From the UHGV virus genome UHGV-0171500: a DNA stretch of 42,456 nucleotides; one strand, written 5' to 3'. The notes under the pieces were generated by a model. The model worked only from the letters and a program-made list of their open reading frames with translations. It was not told the origin of the DNA and made no database searches. Of this stretch, positions 1 through 8,412 are shown piece by piece (position 1 is the stretch's first letter; every line of letters starts with the position of its first letter). A program made the position numbers and the translations under genes. This stretch comes from a virus.

Positions 1-1377
1 AAACCGAAGTATGAAACGCAAGAAGAAATGATATTGCGCTTAGTTAGAGAACATAAAGAGAATATAGACAATATCACAATGGGTGAAAGATATTATAATC
101 ATCACCCAGATATATTAGACGCTCCTTTCAAAAGAGATGTGAACGGCGACTACGACGAAACTAAACCAGACTGGCGCATGTATACTAACTACCATCAAAA
201 CTTAGTAGACCAGAAAGTAGCATATGCAGTTGCTAATCCTGTGACATTTGGTGTAGATAATGACAAAGCATTAAAACAAATACAACATACACTTAATCAC
301 AAGTGGGATGACAAATTAGTGGATATATTAACTGCTGCAAGTAATAAAGGTATCGAATGGGTTCAACCTTATGTAGATGAAGAGGGAGAGTTTAAAACGT
401 TTCGTGTACCTGCAGAACAAGCTGTACCTATTTGGACTAATAAAGAAAGAGATGAACTGCAAGCGTTTATCCGTGTATATGAATTAGACGGAGCAGAACG
501 CGTTGAGTATTGGACTAAAGATGATGTGACATTCTATGAGTTGAAAGAAGGACAACTTATCCCTGATTTCTACCGTAGTGAAGATCATATACAACCTCAT
601 TATTATCAAGGTAATAAATTGATGAGTTGGGGACGTGTTCCTTTTATTCCGTTCAAGAACAACCCGCAAGAAGTATCTGACTTATTCATGTATAAGACAA
701 TCATAGATGCGTTAGATAAGCGATTATCAGATACACAAAACACTTTTGACGAATCAGTAGAGTTAATCTATATCTTAAAAGGTTATGAAGGCGAAGATAT
801 GAAAGATTTCATGCATAACCTTAAATACTATAAAGCGATTAGTGTTGCAGGGGAAAGTGGCTCCGGTGTAGATACTATCAAAGTAGAAGTGCCTATTGAC
901 TCTGTTAAGGAATACACGAAGATGTTACGTGATTACATTATAGAGTTTGGACAAGGTGTAGACTTCCAACAAGATAAGTTTGGTAATAGCCCAAGTGGTA
1001 TTGCACTTAAATTTATGTACAGTAACTTAGACTTAAAAGCTAATAAATTGAAGAACAAAACACTTACTGCATTACAAGAGCTATTGCAGTACATTATCGA
1101 CTTCTACAGATTAGATGTGAGAGTGCAAGACATCGAGATTACATTCAACTTCAATGTAATGGTTAATGAGTTAGAAAACTCTCAAATCGCTATGAATTCT
1201 ACAGGGTTATTATCTAAAGAAACTATTCTTGGTAATCATTCGTGGGTACAAGATCCTGTAGCTGAAATGGAAAGAATAGAGCAAGAAAACATAGAACTCA
1301 ATCAACAACTCCCTGACATTGAGGAGGGATTGAATGACGAACAACAAAGACAATCCGAAGATAACCAATCAGAATGA
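1..1377 (+). CDS. Portal protein (SPP1-family), N-terminally open at window start; reading frame continues in frame from 42397..42456 at the window end (circular permutation)
   Basis: Frame open from position 1 (KPKYETQEEMILRLV...); follows TerL as in phi11-like order; size ~470 aa when joined with the window end. Confidence 0.7.
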   Translation, partial: KPKYETQEEMILRLVREHKENIDNITMGERYYNHHPDILDAPFKRDVNGDYDETKPDWRMYTNYHQNLVDQKVAYAVANPVTFGVDNDKALKQIQHTLNHKWDDKLVDILTAASNKGIEWVQPYVDEEGEFKTFRVPAEQAVPIWTNKERDELQAFIRVYELDGAERVEYWTKDDVTFYELKEGQLIPDFYRSEDHIQPHYYQGNKLMSWGRVPFIPFKNNPQEVSDLFMYKTIIDALDKRLSDTQNTFDESVELIYILKGYEGEDMKDFMHNLKYYKAISVAGESGSGVDTIKVEVPIDSVKEYTKMLRDYIIEFGQGVDFQQDKFGNSPSGIALKFMYSNLDLKANKLKNKTLTALQELLQYIIDFYRLDVRVQDIEITFNFNVMVNELENSQIAMNSTGLLSKETILGNHSWVQDPVAEMERIEQENIELNQQLPDIEEGLNDEQQRQSEDNQSE

Positions 1378-2287
1378 CATAGATAACTACATCGACAAAC
1401 TGGTTAATCAAGCAGAGAAAGAAATCGAAATACTATTTGCTAAACGTTTGAAAGAAATCAAACAGATTATTGCGAATATGTACGAAAAGTACGATAGAGA
1501 TGAACCGAAAGTCACATGGACTGAATTTAATAAATACAACAGGCTCAACAAAGAACTTAATCGTATAGGACAGATGTTATCTCAAGACTACAGAGAAGTC
1601 GCTAAGGCTATCAAACAATCACAACAGAACGTCTATATCGAAAAGTACATGATGAGCCTATTTTTGTATGAAGTAGCAAGTCAAACGTCTATGAACTTTG
1701 ATATACCTACTTCGCAGACAATACAGACGGCAATTGAACAACCTATTGAGTTTATTAAGTTAGTACCTACACTGCAGAAACATCGTGACGATACATTAAA
1801 ACGTATTCGTACACACATAACACAAGGCATTATGAGTGGTGAGGGATATTCTAAGATAGCTAAAGCATTAAGAAATGATTTAGGTATGTCAAAAGCTCAA
1901 TCAGTGCGTGTAGCTAGAACAGAAACAGGGCGTGCATTGTCACAAGCTGGATTAGATAGCGCAATGGTAGCTAAAGATAATGGACTCGATATGAAGAAAC
2001 GTTGGTATGCTACTAAAGACACACGCACACGTGATACACATAGACACTTAGACGGCACTTCAGTCGATATTGAAGATAACTTTCATTCTAGTGGTTGTGT
2101 AGGTCCTGCACCTAAGTTATTTGTAGGTGTAGCTAGTGCAAAAGAGAACATCAATTGTCGTTGTAAGCTTCTTTATTACATAGACGAAGATGAATTACCT
2201 ACAACGATGAGAACTAAAGAAGATGGCGTAATACCTTTCACTAACTATAGAGAGTGGGAGAAGAATAAACGGAAAGGTAGTGTCTGA
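1334..2287 (+). CDS. Minor head / head morphogenesis protein (SPP1 gp7 family)
   Basis: 317 aa, overlaps portal stop; position portal->gp7-like->scaffold->MCP; C-terminal Cys-rich motif. Confidence 0.6.
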   Translation: MTNNKDNPKITNQNDIDNYIDKLVNQAEKEIEILFAKRLKEIKQIIANMYEKYDRDEPKVTWTEFNKYNRLNKELNRIGQMLSQDYREVAKAIKQSQQNVYIEKYMMSLFLYEVASQTSMNFDIPTSQTIQTAIEQPIEFIKLVPTLQKHRDDTLKRIRTHITQGIMSGEGYSKIAKALRNDLGMSKAQSVRVARTETGRALSQAGLDSAMVAKDNGLDMKKRWYATKDTRTRDTHRHLDGTSVDIEDNFHSSGCVGPAPKLFVGVASAKENINCRCKLLYYIDEDELPTTMRTKEDGVIPFTNYREWEKNKRKGSV

Positions 2288-2394
2288 TTATGAGCGAAGA
2301 TAATTTAATTAAGTTATATTTCTTAAAAGATTACATTCTTGTTATTCACTCAGACGGTAGTGAAGAAAGAAGAAAGTATAAAGAAGGTGTTTAG

Positions 2395-2601
2395 ATGGAG
2401 TTTAACGTAAAGGTTAATATTGACGCTGATGAAGCAATTGAGAAATTAGAGCGTATCAAACAACTATATGAAGAAATTAACCGATTAAAGAACGATAGAT
2501 CAGTTGTAAAGGTAGGAATAAGCAACGAAGCTAACACAGAACAAATTAAAAATCACATTAATAAAAGTAATGCTGAAAATGCAAATTTTAACTTATTCTA
2601 G
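2395..2601 (+). CDS. Hypothetical small coiled-coil protein
   Basis: 68 aa ORF with RBS, conserved position between head morphogenesis and scaffold genes. Confidence 0.4.
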   Translation: MEFNVKVNIDADEAIEKLERIKQLYEEINRLKNDRSVVKVGISNEANTEQIKNHINKSNAENANFNLF

Positions 2602-2631
2602 CTAACACTAAAATGTGTTGGCTATTTTTTA
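2600..2631 (+). terminator. Putative rho-independent terminator
   Basis: Imperfect hairpin GCTAACAC-taaaat-GTGTTGGC followed by TATTTTTT. Confidence 0.4.
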
Positions 2632-2715
2632 TGCCCAAAAATGCTCAAGGCGTTAAAAGGTGCAAACTCATGGTGGATAAGACCACCGTAATAAAAAATG
2701 TGAGGAGTAGTAATA

Positions 2716-3312
2716 ATGAAAAGAGAATTTTTACGTGGTTTAGGTGTCGAAGAAGATGCTATTCAAAAGATTATCGACGAACATCATGAAGGTTTGCAAT
2801 CATATAAAGAGAAGGCAGAGAAAGTTGATTCACTAAAAGAACAATTAGACACTGCTAACGAAGAAATTAAAAATCGTGATAATCAAATTGAAGAACTCAA
2901 AAATAATGTTGGTGATAACGATGAACTTAAACAAGAGTTAGAAAAATATAAAGAACAAAACGCTAACTACGATCAAAAACTCAAAGACGTTCAGTTAAAT
3001 AAAGCTATCGAAGTATCTTTAGCTAAAGAAAAAGCGATTAAACCTGAACAAGTAATCAAACTAATTGATAAAGATAATTTAGAAGTTGATGACAACGGAA
3101 ATGTCAAAGGATTAGATGATTACATGAGTGAGTTCAAAAAAGAGAATGAGCATTTGTTTGAACAATCTAAACCAAGCGGACGTACGCCGAATGACGGAAA
3201 AAGCGTTGCTGGCGGAATAACACAAGAACAGTTCAACAATATGAGCGTAGATGAAAGAACTGATCTATTTATGAATGATAGAAAAACATACGACGCTCTA
3301 ATAAACAATTAG
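2716..3312 (+). CDS. Scaffolding protein
   Basis: 198 aa, highly charged, coiled-coil (E/K-rich); immediately upstream of the major capsid gene. Confidence 0.65.
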   Translation: MKREFLRGLGVEEDAIQKIIDEHHEGLQSYKEKAEKVDSLKEQLDTANEEIKNRDNQIEELKNNVGDNDELKQELEKYKEQNANYDQKLKDVQLNKAIEVSLAKEKAIKPEQVIKLIDKDNLEVDDNGNVKGLDDYMSEFKKENEHLFEQSKPSGRTPNDGKSVAGGITQEQFNNMSVDERTDLFMNDRKTYDALINN

Positions 3313-3329
3313 AAAAGAGGTAATAACAT

Positions 3330-4160
3330 ATGGCACAAGGAACAACAACTAAAAGTACACAAATCGTTCCAGAAGTATTAAAACCTATGATGCAAGCAGA
3401 ATTAGATAAGAAATTGAGATTTGCACAATTTGCAGACATTGACAGTACATTAGTAGGACAACCAGGCGACACTTTAACTTTCCCTGCATTTGTTTACAGT
3501 GGTGACGCTACAGTAGTACCTGAAGGGCAAAAAATCCCTGTAGACAAAATTGAAACTAACAGACGTGAAGCTAAAATTCATAAAATCGGTAAAGGTACTG
3601 ATATTACTGATGAAGCTTTATTGTCTGGTTATGGTGACCCTCAAGGAGAAGCAGTACGTCAACACGGTTTAGCTATTGCTAACAAAGTAGATAATGACGT
3701 ATTAGAAGCTTTACGAGGTACTAAATTAACTGTAAGTGCAGACATCGGCACATTAGCAGGCTTAGAAGCTGCTATTGATACATTTGACGATGAAGATTTA
3801 GAACCAATGGTATTATTCATTAACCCTAAAGACGCTGGCAAGTTACGTTCTAGTGCTTCTTCAAACTTCACTCGTGCGACTGAATTAGGCGATAACATTA
3901 TCGTTAAAGGTGCATTTGGTGAAGCTTTAGGTGCAGTAATTGTACGTTCTAAGAAATTAGATGAGGGCGAAGCTATTTTAGCTAAACGTGGTGCAGTTAA
4001 ATTAATCACTAAACGTGATTTCTTCTTAGAAACTGACCGTGATCCTTCAACTAAAACAACTGCTTTATACAGTGATAAACATTATGTAGCATACTTATAT
4101 GATGAATCTAAAGCAGTTAAGGTTACTAAAGGCGCAGGAACTACAGACTCAGGCGCATAA
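3330..4160 (+). CDS. Major capsid protein (HK97 fold)
   Basis: 276 aa, strong RBS, position after scaffold, composition typical of MCP. Confidence 0.7.
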   Translation: MAQGTTTKSTQIVPEVLKPMMQAELDKKLRFAQFADIDSTLVGQPGDTLTFPAFVYSGDATVVPEGQKIPVDKIETNRREAKIHKIGKGTDITDEALLSGYGDPQGEAVRQHGLAIANKVDNDVLEALRGTKLTVSADIGTLAGLEAAIDTFDDEDLEPMVLFINPKDAGKLRSSASSNFTRATELGDNIIVKGAFGEALGAVIVRSKKLDEGEAILAKRGAVKLITKRDFFLETDRDPSTKTTALYSDKHYVAYLYDESKAVKVTKGAGTTDSGA

Positions 4161-4176
4161 AAGGAGGTAGTGACGT

Positions 4177-4467
4177 ATGTATAAAGTAATCGAATACTTC
4201 ACAGACTTACAAGATAACAACTACGAATATAACGTTGGAGATACGTTCCCTCGTAAAGGTTTAAATGTAAGTAATGAACGATTAACTGAACTATCCACAA
4301 AAGAGAACCGTCAAAACAAGCCCCTTATTGAGCGTGTAGAGAGCGACAAAGACTTAAAAGGTATGAAAGTATCAGAATTAAGAGAACTCGCTAAAGAACG
4401 TGAAATAGAGGGCTTTTCTAGTATGAAAAAAGATGAACTCATTGAAGCATTAGGAAGTGTTGAGTAA
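4177..4467 (+). CDS. Hypothetical head protein with C-terminal Rho_N/SAP-like motif
   Basis: C-terminal MKVSELRELAKEREIEGFSSMKKDELIEAL resembles the Rho N-terminal helix-hairpin motif. Confidence 0.45.
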   Translation: MYKVIEYFTDLQDNNYEYNVGDTFPRKGLNVSNERLTELSTKENRQNKPLIERVESDKDLKGMKVSELRELAKEREIEGFSSMKKDELIEALGSVE

Positions 4468-4781
4468 TGAACGCACAAGACGTTAAATTATTAAACAATC
4501 TCTCACTCGATGATACTTCAAATGACGAAACAATCGAATTACTTATTGAAAAGTATCTGAATGTAGCTGAAGAATATTGTAATCAAACATTCAATAGGAA
4601 GTCATTACCTAGTAATGTAGAGAAATTCATTGCTAATTGTATTAAACAAGGTACGACTAGCAATATTTCTTCACGTACTATGGGTACTGTGAGCTACACT
4701 TTCGTTACTGATCTACCTAAGGAAACATACGGTTACCTTAAACCATTTAGACGCTTACGTTGGACTGGTTATCATGTTTAA
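4467..4781 (+). CDS. Head-tail connector (gp6-like)
   Basis: 104 aa, start overlaps the preceding stop; standard position in HK97-like late operon. Confidence 0.5.
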   Translation: MNAQDVKLLNNLSLDDTSNDETIELLIEKYLNVAEEYCNQTFNRKSLPSNVEKFIANCIKQGTTSNISSRTMGTVSYTFVTDLPKETYGYLKPFRRLRWTGYHV

Positions 4782-5103
4782 TCCATTAAATGAGTTTCCT
4801 CATACAATCGAATTAGGCTCAAGAGAGGTTGTAGGAGAGTATCCACGTGAACAAGAGCGCTTTAAGAGCGAAAAAACAATACAAGGATTTATGGATACGC
4901 CTACTTCATCTGAACAACTCAAGTTTCATCAAATGAACCAATCATACGACAGAAACCTATATACGCCGTACAGCCTGCCAATAACTAACACAAACTTATT
5001 TAAATACAACGGTAAAACTTACGAAGTAGTAGGAGAACCTGTCGACCAAGGCGGACAACAAGAAATCAACTTAACGAGATTGAGAGAATGTCCTATTGGC
5101 TAA
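4774..5103 (+). CDS. Head-tail adaptor / head closure protein
   Basis: 109 aa, overlapping start, synteny. Confidence 0.45.
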   Translation: MFNPLNEFPHTIELGSREVVGEYPREQERFKSEKTIQGFMDTPTSSEQLKFHQMNQSYDRNLYTPYSLPITNTNLFKYNGKTYEVVGEPVDQGGQQEINLTRLRECPIG

Positions 5104-6512
5104 GGTTAAATACGGAAATTGGGATTTAGTTAAGGAACTTGAGGAGTTTGAAAAAGAAACGATTAGATGGGCTAAAAAAGGTATAGCCAAGACAACAACG
5201 ATTATTCACAATTCAATAGTTAGTAACATGCCTGTTGATACCGGTTATCTTAGAGAAAGTGTTTCTATGGACTTTAAGAAGGGCGGATTAACAGGCGTTA
5301 TTAATATTGGTAGTGAGTATGCAGTGTACGTTAACTACGGTACAGGGGTAGTGTGTATGCCCCACTTATCAGTAATGGTAAGTTAAAAATCGGGCAAAAT
5401 CGGTGAAAGTCTTATATGTAAAATATTGACTGGTATATACGATGAAGGTTTGGTATAATATCCATAAGGAGTGATGTTATGCTAACCAATTCTAAAGGCG
5501 AAGTTTTTGAAGGTAATTTTAGAGACTTGACAGGCAAAAAATTCAATATGTTAAAAGTCATAGAACCAGTAAGGATTCACAATCCACCTAAAGGAGATAG
5601 ATACCTGTATTGGTTAGTAGAGTGTGATTGTGGAAACACTGCAGTTAAATCTGCAAAATCTATAACAACAGGTTATTCCAAAAGTTGTGGATGCTTACAA
5701 AAGATAGCGACAAGCAAGGCTAAAAAAACTCATGGTGATACAGATTCTAGACTGTATTATATATGGGAAAATATGAAGAAACGTTGCTATAAACCAAATT
5801 CCGATAGATACAAAAATTATGGTGCTAGAGGAATAACTATCTGTGAAGAATGGAAAAATAGTTATAAAAATTTCTATGACTGGGCATATAATAATGGTTA
5901 CAATGAACGCTTAACTATTGAAAGAAAAGATATTAACGGTAACTACGAACCTTCAAATTGTACTTGGATAACAAGGAATGAACAAGCTAAAAACAGAACT
6001 AGCAATAAATGGGTATTCCTAGATGGTATTAAGTACTCGCCGCAAGAATTAGAAAAAATATACAAAATATCAATTAACACAATATATGCAAGGATTGCTC
6101 GTGGTGATAAAGGTTACGCTGTTGTTAGACCTTTAGGACAAAGACAATTCTGGAAAAGATAACACCGAGGTAACTTAATAGATTGCGAAAGGCTATTGAG
6201 CACTGTAGAGCGTAGGAAGTGAATAAATATAATCTTCCCAAGAGTGTCCGACAACCAATAATGGTTGTCTTTTTTATTGGTTGAAAATGTACGCCGAACT
6301 TACAGGTGACTGTAAGAAGTAAAGGATAAAAAGCCTTTACGATAACAAGATGATACGCAGTCGGTCCAGGTGGTAGTCGTGCAAAGAATATCCCGTGGCG
6401 TTACAAAGACGCAGACGGACATTGGCACACAACTAAAGGGCAACATGCACAACCTTTCTGGGAACCAGCAATTGATGAAGGTAGAGCGTTTTTCAATAAG
6501 TATTTTTCATAA
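5096..6512 (+). CDS. HK97 gp10-family tail-component gene split by a group I intron: exon 1 5096..5349, exon 2 6440..6512 (predicted 108 aa spliced product ...YVNYGTGV|QHAQPFWEPAIDEGRAFFNKYFS)
   Basis: N-terminal piece ends ...SEYAVYVNYGTG then enters stops; C-terminal AQPFWEPA motif typical of gp10 family lies 1.1 kb downstream with no start codon; 5 bp P1 pairing exon GGGGU with intron GCCCC (5359..5363); proposed 3' splice after G6439. Confidence 0.55.
5350..6439 (+). mobile_element. Group I intron (approx. boundaries) carrying a homing-endonuclease ORF
   Basis: Interrupts an essential structural gene; U at 5' exon end pairing with intron G; terminal G; GACUG...CAGUC candidate P7 (6307..6311 / 6359..6363); internal HEG ORF with own RBS and terminator. 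Confidence 0.55.
5479..6162 (+). CDS. Intron-encoded HNH-like (HNH_3/AP2-type) homing endonuclease with N-terminal Cys4 zinc finger
   Basis: CDCGNT...CGC zinc motif; C-terminal RLTIERKDINGNYEPSNCTWITRNEQAKN resembles the HNH_3 HIDGN..NL...EN core (first His appears replaced); own RBS AAGGAGTGA. Confidence 0.55.
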   Translation: MLTNSKGEVFEGNFRDLTGKKFNMLKVIEPVRIHNPPKGDRYLYWLVECDCGNTAVKSAKSITTGYSKSCGCLQKIATSKAKKTHGDTDSRLYYIWENMKKRCYKPNSDRYKNYGARGITICEEWKNSYKNFYDWAYNNGYNERLTIERKDINGNYEPSNCTWITRNEQAKNRTSNKWVFLDGIKYSPQELEKIYKISINTIYARIARGDKGYAVVRPLGQRQFWKR

Positions 6513-6524
6513 GGTGGTTAAGAT

Positions 6525-6962
6525 ATGTGGGTATCAGTAGAACGGTATCTGTTTAACAAGATATATAACAAATTAAAAAGCAACCCTATCATCAAAAAAC
6601 AGCTTGGTGGTAGGGTTTTTGATTGCGTTCAAAAAGACGCTGTTTACCCATGTATCGTTGTGGGTGAAACAAACGTCACTAACAAAGAGACAACGACAAG
6701 TATGTTTGAAGATGTAGGCGTTACATTGCATGTTTATAGCCAAGCTAGAAATAGAGATGAAGCATCACAAATCATCCAATACTTAGGTTTTGTACTTAAC
6801 TCTGAAATAGAAATAAATAACTATTCATTTATAAAAAGTCGAATTGATACACAAGAAGTGATAACTGACATTGATCAGTACACGAAGCACGGTATCATCC
6901 GGCTTGTTTTTAAATACAGACACAATACTTTACAAAGGAGTGTAACGAATGGCGCAGAATAA
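6525..6962 (+). CDS. Tail terminator / tail completion protein (gp11-like)
   Basis: 145 aa, synteny between gp10-like gene and major tail protein. Confidence 0.45.
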   Translation: MWVSVERYLFNKIYNKLKSNPIIKKQLGGRVFDCVQKDAVYPCIVVGETNVTNKETTTSMFEDVGVTLHVYSQARNRDEASQIIQYLGFVLNSEIEINNYSFIKSRIDTQEVITDIDQYTKHGIIRLVFKYRHNTLQRSVTNGAE

Positions 6963-7488
6963 ATACATTGCAGCGTTACAAATTGCTGACAAAGTTTTAG
7001 CAAGTCAGTTAAAAGAAGAAGATGCTATTCTGTTAGCTAGTTTAGCTGAAGGTGGACACACAATCAGTAATGACTTAGCTGAAATGATTACAGGTGGCAA
7101 AAAAGACTATGGTCGTAACTCTGTAGAAGAAGAAATCAAGTTAACTGTTGACCGTGTTCCTGGCGACAAAGGTCAAGAAGCTTTAAAAGAGTCAGTTAAA
7201 AACTTCAAGCAGTTACGTTTATGGATTTGGGAAGTTAAGAAACGTGACGGTAAACATCACGGTACTTTCGCTTATGTAATTGTAGAAGAGCACGAATGGT
7301 CATTTGATGATGAGGATGACAAAATCGAAATCACTGCAAAAGTTAAATTTAACAGTGCAGACGGTTCTGTTGATTCATTACCACCAGAATGGCTCAACCC
7401 TAGTGCTGCTGCTCCTACAGTTGAATGGGAAGATATGGGAGCTTATACAGACTCATACGAAAACCGTACACCTAGTGCTGATGCATAA
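6949..7488 (+). CDS. Major tail protein
   Basis: 179 aa, directly upstream of G/GT chaperones and followed by a strong terminator (high-expression structural gene pattern). Confidence 0.55.
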   Translation: MAQNKYIAALQIADKVLASQLKEEDAILLASLAEGGHTISNDLAEMITGGKKDYGRNSVEEEIKLTVDRVPGDKGQEALKESVKNFKQLRLWIWEVKKRDGKHHGTFAYVIVEEHEWSFDDEDDKIEITAKVKFNSADGSVDSLPPEWLNPSAAAPTVEWEDMGAYTDSYENRTPSADA

Positions 7489-7492
7489 GTTT

Positions 7493-7521
7493 TACGAGGG
7501 CATTAAGCCCTCTATTTTTTT
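7493..7521 (+). terminator. Rho-independent terminator after major tail gene
   Basis: GAGGGC-attaa-GCCCTC hairpin followed by TATTTTTTTG. Confidence 0.7.
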
Positions 7522-7550
7522 GTACAAAATAACAGAAAGAGGTTAAAAAA

Positions 7551-8045
7551 ATGACTGAAAATACATTCAATCCTATTACTACATTAGAGTTCAACGGAGA
7601 AGAAGTAGAAGCAAAAGCTACTTTCTTATTCGATAAAGCGGCTAAGAAATTTGCTAAAGACGAGCAAGACGAAAATGGTAAAACAACTAAAGTGTCTGGT
7701 TTTAATGCTATTTATAACGGTATTTTAGAACGCGATCCAATCGCAATTGCTGATTTTTGGGAATGTGCAACAGCTTATTTAGGTAAAAATGCACCTAAAC
7801 GTGAAGATATCGAACAAACACTAATGGAAATTATTGATGAAAAAGAAGATTCTATCGAATTATTACAAGGTGCATTGCAAGTATTAAATCATAGTGGTTT
7901 TTTCAAGCAGAAATCACGTCTATTCTGGACACAAATGAACTCAGCACCATCTATGGTCAAAGAAGAAGAGAAAGAGTCTACGAAGAACGGTATCGAGTTC
8001 ATGAAGAACAATTACAAAGAAATCATGGGCGAGCTACCTTACTAG
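7551..8045 (+). CDS. Tail assembly chaperone (gpG-like)
   Basis: 164 aa, immediately upstream of tape measure gene; contains the slippery site near 7898. Confidence 0.65.
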   Translation: MTENTFNPITTLEFNGEEVEAKATFLFDKAAKKFAKDEQDENGKTTKVSGFNAIYNGILERDPIAIADFWECATAYLGKNAPKREDIEQTLMEIIDEKEDSIELLQGALQVLNHSGFFKQKSRLFWTQMNSAPSMVKEEEKESTKNGIEFMKNNYKEIMGELPY

Positions 8046-8410
8046 ATTATTCAGAAATACGGCAGATAACCAGTCAATACATAGGCTATCTTCCTTATGA
8101 TGAATTAATGAGTTTGACGCCTAATGAATGGAAAGACTGGGTTGTAGGTCGTAGATTGGCGTTACTTGATGAACAAGAAACTTTATTATTTGGTGCTCAA
8201 GCTAACGGTCTTGTGCAAGCTGGTAAATCACTTAAACGATTACAGAAGCAGTTAGAGCGTGCAAGATACGAAGTACGTGGACAGTCAGAAGAATACGAAC
8301 GTATGAAAGAACGTAAGTTAGCACATAACAAACGCATTAGAAATGTTCAGAAACAAGGTACACGACGCTTTATGAATTCATTACGCAATACTAGTCAAAA
8401 AGGAGGTTAG
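7551..8410 (+). CDS. Tail assembly chaperone GT-like fusion produced by programmed -1 frameshift at T_TTT_TTC (7898..7904)
   Basis: -1 frame opens (TAG at 7892..7894) immediately before the heptamer and runs to 8410; conserved G/GT arrangement upstream of TMP. Confidence 0.6.
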
Positions 8411-8412
8411 CC

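Noticed and set aside
3120-4009. Antisense ORFs inside scaffold/MCP genes
   Set aside because: No RBS, overlapped by well-supported structural genes
6354-6439. Alternative 3' splice site at 6364|6365 giving ...GTGV-PGGSRAKNIPWRYKDADGHWHTTKGQHAQPF
   Set aside because: This places the splice site only 1 nt after the candidate P7 3' strand and inserts 27 residues into a family that normally has ~4 residues between GT and AQPF; 6439|6440 is preferred but the 3' boundary remains uncertain (+-80 nt)
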